In this document: positions 32,888 to 38,895 of the stretch, one piece after another
How positions within the stretch are numbered: position 1 is the stretch's first letter
How the letters are laid out: every line of letters starts with the position of its first letter
Source: Actinomycetota bacterium
GTDB taxonomy: Bacteria > Actinomycetota > CADDZG01 > WHSQ01
DNA length: 38,895 nucleotides
Assembly (NCBI GenBank): GCA_050694195.1
Contig: JBOGXG010000040.1
Coordinates: forward strand, 1 to 38,895
Direction: 5' to 3'
Position numbers and translations under genes: made by a program
The notes under the pieces: generated by a model
Seen by the model: the letters and a program-made list of their open reading frames with translations, nothing else
The model's database searches: none
What the model was told of the DNA's origin: nothing

Positions 32888-33295
32888 ATGGAGCTACGGA
32901 TCGAGCACGTCGCGATCGCCGTCGCCGATCTCGAGGCCGCGGTCAACCATTACGAGAAGGTCTGGGGGCTCGAGGTCGAGCATCGTGAGCACGTGGAGGA
33001 CCAGGGCGTCGAGGAGGCGATGCTTCCGCTCGGAGGGTCGTACCTCCAGCTGCTCGGTGCGACCGGGCCCGACACCACGGTCGGCAAGTTCGTCGAGCGA
33101 CGCGGTGAGGGTCTGCATCACATCGCCTACGAGGTAGACGATCTCGCCGCGGCCCTCGCCGAGCTGAAGGGGAAAGGCGTTCCGCTCATCGACGAAGCAC
33201 CGCGGCGCGGGGGCCGAGGACACATGGTGGCGTTCGTCCACCCGAAAGGGAACCACGGGCTTCTCGTTGAACTGATCCAAGCACCGAAGCATTGA
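32888..33295 (+). CDS. mce: Methylmalonyl-CoA (ethylmalonyl-CoA) epimerase, VOC/glyoxalase superfamily
   Basis: The protein is 135 aa. IEHVAIAVADLEAAVNHY...GVEEAMLPLGGSYLQLLGA...KFVERRGEGLHHIAYEVDDL...GVPLIDEAPRRGGRGHMVAFVHPKGNHGLLVELIQ matches the epimerase pattern. Confidence 0.85.
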   Translation: MELRIEHVAIAVADLEAAVNHYEKVWGLEVEHREHVEDQGVEEAMLPLGGSYLQLLGATGPDTTVGKFVERRGEGLHHIAYEVDDLAAALAELKGKGVPLIDEAPRRGGRGHMVAFVHPKGNHGLLVELIQAPKH

Positions 33296-34563
33296 GTCAG
33301 GTGGAAGCCCCGTCGCCGATGAGGCGGCCCGAGTTCCGGCGCCTCCTCGCGATCTCCGTCACCGTCGCACTCGGTTTCGGCATGGTCATCCCCGTGTTCC
33401 CTCTCTTCGCGGAGAGCTTCGGCGTAAGCCTCGCCGCGATCGGGCTCGTTCAACTCGTCTTCGGTTCGACGCGTTTCGCGTTCGGGATCGTCGGGGGGCT
33501 GCTGGTCGACCGCTACGGCGAGCGTTTCTGCACGATGGCCGGTCTCTTGATCGTCGCGCTGTCGAGCTACGCGGCCGGGTTCTCCACGACCTTCGTGCAG
33601 TTCGTACTCGCACGAGGCTTCGGTGGTGCAGGATCCGCGCTTTTCATCGCCGGACTACAGAACCGCATCCTCAGCATCATCGAGCCGTCGGCGATGGGTC
33701 GCGCCACGGGGGCCTTCCGCTCGAGCTTCCTCGTCGGCATCGCGGTGGGCCCCCTCTTGGGAGGCATCATCGGCGAGAGTTTCGGTTTGGCCGCGCCCTT
33801 CCATTTCTATGCGACGGGCCTGCTGTTCGCGACTGTGATCGCTTACTTCGTGATGGGAACGAGGATCGTCCCGACATCCACATCGGCGGAAGAAACCGGT
33901 GCCGCCGCGCCTCGCCGATCGCCCCTCGAGGCGCTTCGGACCGCGCGCCCTCTCTTTTCGGATTTCCGCTTCGTCGTCGCGCTGTTCGCAACCTTCGTCG
34001 CGTGGTGGACGATCTCGGGCCCGGCCCAGGTGGTGGGGGCTCTGTTCGCCAAGAACGAACTCGGGTTCTCGACCGGGTTGATCGGCGTCGCGGTGACGCT
34101 GCTGTCCGTCGGTGAGGTCATCGTGCTCTTCGTCGCGGGACGCGCGTCGGATCGCTACGGACGGCGGGCGGTACTGGTTCCGTCGATGCTCCTCGCGGCG
34201 GTTGCCACCGCGGCGCTCGGACAGATCGAAGACTTCTCGTGGGCCTACTTCCCGCTGGCCGTCGCGATCGGAGCGTCGATCGCCGCCGGCAGCACCGCGA
34301 CGGGAGGGCTCCTCGCCGACTCCCTCCCGAAGGGTGGCTCGGGGGCCGCGGTCGGGGTCAACCAGATGGCGGGAGACCTCGGCTATCTCACCGCGCCGAT
34401 CGCCTGTCTCTGGATCGCAGAGACGTGGGGCTACCCGTTCGCCTACGTGGTGGGAGCCGTGCCGGCCGCGGTCGTCTTATTCGTGGCGCTTCGCCTGCCG
34501 GGGCGTGCCGTTGAGACGCACGAGGACGCGATGACCGTCGAGCCGGAGACCCACGTGGGATAG
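33292..34563 (+). CDS. MFS transporter (12-TMS type)
   Basis: By eye there are twelve hydrophobic segments. It has an MFS loop motif region (LLVDRYGERF) and a second-half equivalent (GRASDRYGRR). The start is uncertain: TTG 33292 (TTGA overlap with the mce stop), GTG 33301 or ATG 33319 (MRRPEFRRLLAIS...). Confidence 0.8.
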   Translation: MSQVEAPSPMRRPEFRRLLAISVTVALGFGMVIPVFPLFAESFGVSLAAIGLVQLVFGSTRFAFGIVGGLLVDRYGERFCTMAGLLIVALSSYAAGFSTTFVQFVLARGFGGAGSALFIAGLQNRILSIIEPSAMGRATGAFRSSFLVGIAVGPLLGGIIGESFGLAAPFHFYATGLLFATVIAYFVMGTRIVPTSTSAEETGAAAPRRSPLEALRTARPLFSDFRFVVALFATFVAWWTISGPAQVVGALFAKNELGFSTGLIGVAVTLLSVGEVIVLFVAGRASDRYGRRAVLVPSMLLAAVATAALGQIEDFSWAYFPLAVAIGASIAAGSTATGGLLADSLPKGGSGAAVGVNQMAGDLGYLTAPIACLWIAETWGYPFAYVVGAVPAAVVLFVALRLPGRAVETHEDAMTVEPETHVG

Positions 34564-34573
34564 TGACAGCGAC

Positions 34574-35665
34574 ATGACGAGCTACGAAGAGGCGGGGGTC
34601 CGGGGGCAGGAGGATGCGCTCTCGGCAGTGGTGCAGCACCTCGGCCCGACCCTGAATCTCCCCGACTCCGTCGCGACGCTCACGACGTTCGGGCAGTACG
34701 CCAGCGTCCTCAAGGTCACGGACGACATCGCCATCGCGATCTCGACCGACGGCGTGGGCTCGAAGACGATCATCGCCTCCAGCCTCGATCGCTACGACAC
34801 GATCGGTTTCGACTGCGTCGCGATGAACGTGAACGATGTGATCTGCGTCGGGGCGCGACCGTTCGCGATGGTGGACTACCTCGGCGTCCACACGCTCGAC
34901 CCCAGGAGAACGGATGAGATCCTCCGCGGGCTCGGGGGGGCCGCCAAGGAAGCGGGGATCGCGATCCCCGGAGGCGAGCTCGCGCAGCTCCCCGAGGTGA
35001 TCGGCTCCGACGGCTCCGGGCCCGGAGATCCGAAGGCGTTCGATCTCGTTGGTACCTGCATCGGGATCGTTCATCCCGATCGGATCGTGCTCGGGCAAGA
35101 CATCGAGCCCGGGGATGCGATCGTGGGCATCGCGTCGTCGGGGATCCATTCCAACGGGCTCACCCTCGCCCGGAGCGTCCTCCTCGATCGAGGCGGCCAT
35201 CGCGTGGACGAGTTCATCGAGATCCTTGGGCGCACCCTCGGCGAGGAATTGCTCCAGCCGACCGAGATCTACGTGCGCGGGGTGACTGCCCTGTGGGATG
35301 GGGGGATCGCGACGAAGGGCCTGGCACACATCACCAGCGATGGGTTCGCTAACCTCTGCCGGCTGGATGCTGCGGTCGGCTACTCCATCACCGCCCTCCC
35401 GGACCCGCCGGCGATCTTCAGGCTCATCCAGCAGATCGGCGGGGTCGCCGACGACGAGATGTTCCGGGTGTTCAACATGGGGGTCGGCTTCGTGACCGTG
35501 GTGGCCGACGCCGCCGCCGAACGCACCGTGGAGACGCTGCGGGTCGCGGGCTACTCGGCCGAGCGGATCGGCGCGGTAACGGACGAGACGGGGCGCGTGA
35601 ACCTCGAGCCCGTTGGACTCGTCGGGGGTCTCGAGGAAGGAGCGAGCTTCTTCCGGCGGAGTTGA
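34574..35665 (+). CDS. AIR synthase (PurM)-family protein; PurM-like, but with both glycine-rich motifs replaced
   Basis: PurM-type blocks are present: STDGVGSK, YDTIGFDCVAMNVNDVICVGARPFAMVDYL, IASSGIHSNGLTLAR, LGRTLGEELLQPTEIYV and FRVFNMGVGF. However, the canonical H-x-T-G-G-G block reads HITSDGF, and the N-terminal GG.GGF-type loop position reads LTTFGQYA (aligned by eye). Confidence 0.7.
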   Translation: MTSYEEAGVRGQEDALSAVVQHLGPTLNLPDSVATLTTFGQYASVLKVTDDIAIAISTDGVGSKTIIASSLDRYDTIGFDCVAMNVNDVICVGARPFAMVDYLGVHTLDPRRTDEILRGLGGAAKEAGIAIPGGELAQLPEVIGSDGSGPGDPKAFDLVGTCIGIVHPDRIVLGQDIEPGDAIVGIASSGIHSNGLTLARSVLLDRGGHRVDEFIEILGRTLGEELLQPTEIYVRGVTALWDGGIATKGLAHITSDGFANLCRLDAAVGYSITALPDPPAIFRLIQQIGGVADDEMFRVFNMGVGFVTVVADAAAERTVETLRVAGYSAERIGAVTDETGRVNLEPVGLVGGLEEGASFFRRS

Positions 35666-35673
35666 CCGGTGAG

Positions 35674-36621
35674 CTAGCCGCCGTCCTCGTCGGGGAACAG
35701 GTCGAGGCCGGTCTCCTCGTCGTGCTCGCCCTTCTCGCCGCCATCCTCGGGCGGGGTCGGGTTCGGCTCGGGCGAAGGCTCCGGCGAGTCGTCCGGCTCG
35801 CCGGGCTCGTCGGGGCTCTCGGATGCCGACGGGCTCTCGTCGGGCTCGTCCCCTGGAGACGGTTGCGTCTCCTCGTCCGCCTGGGCCTCGGCGCTCTGAC
35901 GCGTGTAACGCGACTTGAGTTGGGTCGTGATCGGTTCCGTCATCTCCGCGACATCTACGGAGGCCGTCGCCACCAACGCGGCGTGGATCTGGTCGGCCAG
36001 CGTCGGGTCGGCCAGCACATCCTCGAGGAAGTCCCGCAGCTTGGCGCGATCGACGCGCCCCTCAACTATCTGCTTGTACTCCTTCAACTGAGCGGGGGTC
36101 AGTTCCAGCTTCATCCCGCCCACCGGGATCCGTTTCACGATGTTGTCGCGGGGGCGCGCCTTGCGGTCGCGCGATAACTCGTCGGCGGCGGCAGACCGAT
36201 CGGGTCGATTCACGAGGTAGTTGGTGAGGACGACCCCGAACGCCGAGCTCATGATCAGCGAGCTTCCGAGTGCGACGGTGGCGAGCGTCTTGAAGAACCG
36301 GAGGCGTGAGATCCGGTGGGTCCGTTGGGCTTTCTGCACCTTGACCTCGTTCACCGATTCCAGCAACGCCGCTTCCTCCGTGCGGACCTCCTTGTGCGCG
36401 TCGGCGAGCAGACGGTTGGCCTCATCCACCTCTCCGGCACGCATCAAGGTGGCGGACAGACTCATCGTGGAGTCGACGACCTCCCTGCTGCGCCGGGAGA
36501 AACGGCTCGCCGATTGGACGATCTCGAACCGCGCGGCCTCCTCCGCGGCCTCTTCGGCGCGGCGAAGCTCCTCGATCTCCTCCTCCATCTTCTTGATGGC
36601 GCGTAGCGGCCGCAGTTCCAT
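35674..36621 (-). CDS. Hypothetical single-pass membrane protein: N-terminal coiled-coil, one TM, a ~110-aa domain, and an acidic Pro/Glu/Asp/Ser-rich tail
   Basis: Track ORF 35674..36813 was trimmed to ATG 36621 (MELRPLRAIKKMEEEIEELRRAEEAAEEAARFE...). The discarded 64 codons are Arg-rich and would overlap the divergent carboxylase gene. The TM is FFKTLATVALGSSLIMSSAFGVVLTNYLV. The tail is DEETQPSPGDEPDESPSASESPDEPGEPDDSPEPSPEPNPTPPEDGGEKGEHDEE. I recognise no family. Confidence 0.6.
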   Translation of the reverse strand: MELRPLRAIKKMEEEIEELRRAEEAAEEAARFEIVQSASRFSRRSREVVDSTMSLSATLMRAGEVDEANRLLADAHKEVRTEEAALLESVNEVKVQKAQRTHRISRLRFFKTLATVALGSSLIMSSAFGVVLTNYLVNRPDRSAAADELSRDRKARPRDNIVKRIPVGGMKLELTPAQLKEYKQIVEGRVDRAKLRDFLEDVLADPTLADQIHAALVATASVDVAEMTEPITTQLKSRYTRQSAEAQADEETQPSPGDEPDESPSASESPDEPGEPDDSPEPSPEPNPTPPEDGGEKGEHDEETGLDLFPDEDGG

Positions 36622-36805
36622 AGCTAGAGGTGTTCTCCCCAGGTGCCCGCTCCCCTTCACATCTTGGGCAGTTTTGTCCGGATTTCCACCATCCGGCGAA
36701 CGGCTCCTCACGGGCTTGCCTCGCTTGGACGAGAGCCGGAACGAAATATGATGCGCCGGCCGGGCGGCGCGGTTCGGGCGACGCCTTCGACAACGAGAGG
36801 AGCCG

Positions 36806-38386
36806 ATGGCCACCCAGGAGGACCCACCTCAGCCCCGCATCATCGACCGGCGTCTCGCCGACTTGGACGCGCTGCGGGCGGAGGTCGCCCTGGCGGGCGG
36901 GGAACAGGCCATCGGCAAACAGCACGACCGCGGCAAGCTCACCGCCCGCGAGAGGGTCGAGAGGCTGCTCGACAAGGACTCCTTCGTCGAGACGGACATG
37001 CTCGTGCGTCACCGGTCCCACGGTTTCGGGATCGAGAACAAGAGGCCGCTCGGCGACGCCGTAGTCACGGGATGGGGAACCATCGACGGCCGGAAGGTCT
37101 TCGTCTTCGCTCAGGACTTCACCGTGTTCGGAGGCTCGTTGGGCGAGGTCATGGGCGAGAAGATCTGCAAGATCATGGATCTGGCCCTCGAGACCGGGGC
37201 GCCGGTGATCGGCCTCAACGATTCTGGCGGCGCCCGCATCCAAGAGGGGGCCGCGTCGCTGGCGGGTTACGGCTACATATTCGACCGCAACGTGCGCTCG
37301 TCGGGCGTCATACCTCAGATCTCCGCCATCATGGGGCCATGCGCGGGGGGCGCGGTCTACTCGCCGGCGATGACCGACTTCACGTTCATGGTGAGCGAGA
37401 CCTCGCACATGTTCATAACCGGGCCGGATGTGATCAAGACGGTGACGGGCGAGACCGTCACTCAAGAAGAGTTGGGGGGCGCGATGTCGCACGCGTCTAA
37501 GTCCGGTGTTGCTCACGTCGTAGCGAGCAACGACGAGGATTGTCTCGACAGGATCCGCTACCTCCTCTCGTTCATCCCCTCGAACAACTTCGAGTCTCCC
37601 CCGTACTTCCCGCCGACCGACGATCCGAAGCGTTCCTGCGATGCGCTGCTGGAACTCATCCCCGATTCGCCGAACGTTCCCTACGACATGCACGAGGTCA
37701 TCGCCGAGGTCTTCGATGACGGCGAGTTCTTCGAGGTCCACGAGCACTGGGCGCAGAACATCCTCTGCGGGTTCGCCCGTCTCGCCGGTCATCCGGTCGG
37801 CATCGTCGCGAACCAGCCTCGCGTCCTCGCCGGCACCCTCGACATCGAGTCGTCTACGAAAGGTGCAAGGTTCGTTCGGTTCTGCGACGCCTTCAACATC
37901 CCGCTCATCACGTTCGTCGATGTCCCGGGTTTCCTTCCCGGCACCGACCAGGAGTACGGCGGGATCATCAGACACGGCGCCAAGTTGCTGTACGCGTTCA
38001 GCGAGGCAACGGTGCCGCGCATGACGGTGATCACGCGCAAGGCCTATGGCGGTGCCTACGTGGTCATGAACTCCAAACACATACGCGCGGACATCTCCTT
38101 CGCCTGGCCCTCCGCTCAGATCGCGGTGATGGGGGCCGAGGGTGCGGTGGGGATCATCCAGCGGAAGGAGATCGCGGCGGCGTCCGATCCCGAGGCTCGC
38201 CGCAAGGAACTGATCGACGACTATACGGAGAAGTTCTCCAACCCGTACATCGCCGCAGAACGTGGATACGTCGACGACGTCGTTCCCCCGCAGGAGACGC
38301 GCCGTCGTCTCGTTGCGGCGCTGGAGATGCTCCGCTCGAAGCGCGAGACGATCCCCCAACGCAAGCACGGCAACATCCCGTTATGA
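36806..38386 (+). CDS. pccB: Acyl-CoA (propionyl-CoA) carboxylase beta subunit / carboxyltransferase
   Basis: The ATG has GAGAGGAG upstream. Carboxyltransferase blocks are present: [83 protein letters not shown] and [16 protein letters not shown]. Confidence 0.92.
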   Translation: MATQEDPPQPRIIDRRLADLDALRAEVALAGGEQAIGKQHDRGKLTARERVERLLDKDSFVETDMLVRHRSHGFGIENKRPLGDAVVTGWGTIDGRKVFVFAQDFTVFGGSLGEVMGEKICKIMDLALETGAPVIGLNDSGGARIQEGAASLAGYGYIFDRNVRSSGVIPQISAIMGPCAGGAVYSPAMTDFTFMVSETSHMFITGPDVIKTVTGETVTQEELGGAMSHASKSGVAHVVASNDEDCLDRIRYLLSFIPSNNFESPPYFPPTDDPKRSCDALLELIPDSPNVPYDMHEVIAEVFDDGEFFEVHEHWAQNILCGFARLAGHPVGIVANQPRVLAGTLDIESSTKGARFVRFCDAFNIPLITFVDVPGFLPGTDQEYGGIIRHGAKLLYAFSEATVPRMTVITRKAYGGAYVVMNSKHIRADISFAWPSAQIAVMGAEGAVGIIQRKEIAAASDPEARRKELIDDYTEKFSNPYIAAERGYVDDVVPPQETRRRLVAALEMLRSKRETIPQRKHGNIPL

Positions 38387-38431
38387 GCGAAGCGAAATGA
38401 CAGGGAGCCACATCCCGTTATGAGCGAGGCG
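38373..38431 (+). repeat. Direct repeat of the 3' end of the carboxylase beta gene (22 nt, 1 mismatch; 18 nt exact)
   Basis: ACATCCCGTTATGAGCGAaGCG at 38373..38394 recurs as ACATCCCGTTATGAGCGAgGCG at 38410..38431, an offset of 37 nt. The first copy contains the pccB stop codon. Confidence 0.85.
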
Positions 38432-38439
38432 CGGACCTT

Positions 38440-38742
38440 ATGACGCAACCCGATCCTCGGGCGAAGCAGAGACCACGCCTCGAGCTCGTGAGTATCACCG
38501 GTGGTGCCAGCGACGACGAGGTCGCCGCGATCGAGGCGGCGCTCGTAACCGCGATCGAGGAAGAGAGGGCGACCCGCGCCGCGTCGGTGTGGCGGCGCGC
38601 GTCGCGAGCGCAGGGGCGACGGCTCGGGATGTACGACTACAGGGACCGCTTCGCGGCCGACGATGCGTGGCGGCTCTCGGGCCGATTCCCCAGCGGGGGT
38701 CGCGAGTACCCGGGCCTCAACGGCCGCGGCGACGCCAAATGA
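38440..38742 (+). CDS. accE: Acyl-CoA carboxylase epsilon subunit
   Basis: This 100-aa protein lies immediately downstream of the beta subunit. LELVSITGGASDDEVAAIEAALVTAIEEE followed by an Arg/Ala-rich C-terminal half is the usual AccE pattern and position. Confidence 0.7.
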   Translation: MTQPDPRAKQRPRLELVSITGGASDDEVAAIEAALVTAIEEERATRAASVWRRASRAQGRRLGMYDYRDRFAADDAWRLSGRFPSGGREYPGLNGRGDAK

Positions 38743-38747
38743 TCCCC

Positions 38748-38895
38748 CTAGAACCTCAGGCCGAGCCTGCGCGCGTAGCTCCGTAGCCCACCGGTGGACG
38801 CGGGGTCGGCGGCTATAGACCTCCACGTCTCCGCACGGGCCGAACCGCGAAGGAAGCGCCCGGCCCCCATGGGTGGCTCGGACCCCTCCCCGTCG
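38748..38895 (-). CDS. Possible 3' end of a minus-strand gene running off the right window edge (unidentified)
   Basis: A minus-strand frame is open from 38895 down to the TAG at 38748..38750 (…RGSARAETWRSIAADPASTGGLRSYARRLGLRF*). It is only 49 codons, is not in the ORF track, and I recognise no family. Confidence 0.25.
   Translation of the reverse strand, partial: DGEGSEPPMGAGRFLRGSARAETWRSIAADPASTGGLRSYARRLGLRF

Noticed and set aside
36422-38368. 648-aa ORF antisense to the acyl-CoA carboxylase beta gene
   Set aside because: The plus-strand frame encodes an unmistakable carboxyltransferase. The antisense translation is low-complexity and R/G/D/V-rich with no motifs. Long antisense ORFs are expected when stop codons are rare at ~70% GC.
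38221-38826. 201-aa minus-strand ORF covering accE and the pccB-accE spacer
   Set aside because: It is antisense to accE and the pccB 3' end, has an Arg/Pro-rich translation and shows no motif. A different minus-strand frame that is open to the window edge (38748..38895) is listed separately at low confidence.
1-38895. Scan for CRISPR arrays, tRNA/rRNA genes, IS elements, integrases, toxin-antitoxin pairs and defence-type ATPases or nucleases
   Set aside because: I found no regularly spaced repeats. No intergenic gap exceeds ~185 bp, so there is no room for an rRNA gene, and I saw no tRNA-like sequence in the longest spacers (98-184 bp), which look like divergent promoter regions. No transposase or recombinase motifs were seen, and there are no terminal inverted repeats. 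The slightly lower-GC spots (17583..17680, 22943..23012, 32735..32887) are ordinary promoter regions.

Overview
This is a high-GC (roughly 68-70% by eye), very compact window that looks like conserved core genome of an Actinomycetota bacterium. I can support about 35 protein-coding genes. I see no rRNA, tRNA, CRISPR array, transposase, integrase or phage genes, and no nuclease, helicase or ATPase set of the kind expected in a defence island. Gene content from left to right: (1) a reverse-transsulfuration pair (cbs, and a cystathionine gamma-lyase/synthase) plus a C26 glutamine amidotransferase-type hydrolase. (2) A same-strand array of fbiC, a ~1060-aa GT2 membrane glycosyltransferase, and a secreted repeat protein. 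(3) fbiA, cofE, a stand-alone nitroreductase-like domain and a DUF3105-like gene, chained by start/stop overlaps. (4) A cell-envelope glycopolymer block: epimerase, sugar-1-P nucleotidyltransferase, small 4-TM EamA protein, SpoIID/LGFP protein, four GT4 glycosyltransferases, an esterase and an LCP ligase. (5) Two tandem membrane-anchored DUF2007-like paralogs. (6) Short-chain acyl-CoA metabolism: butyryl-CoA-type dehydrogenase divergent from ccr, thiolase, methylmalonyl-CoA epimerase, acyl-CoA carboxylase beta and epsilon. (7) A MarR / YczE-like / FMN-reductase / MFS module, a second MFS, a PurM-like protein and an orphan coiled-coil membrane protein. Start codons were refined by reading the raw sequence. 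Many track ORFs carry spurious N-terminal extensions, and most long alternative-frame ORFs are high-GC artefacts. I count eight 4-nt start/stop overlaps between annotated genes (ATGA, GTGA or TTGA; the TTGA one depends on an uncertain start), which argues for extensive translational coupling. I do not see a clear-cut novel system. The best candidates for undescribed biology are the coupled GT2-polytopic protein and its repeat-protein partner, the tandem DUF2007-like pair upstream of the LCP gene, a relay of three mini-ORFs with ATGA overlaps bridging the carboxylase beta and epsilon genes, a cleanly split FbiB, and a PurM-like protein that lacks both glycine-rich motifs. All family assignments come from motif recognition by eye, because no searches could be run.
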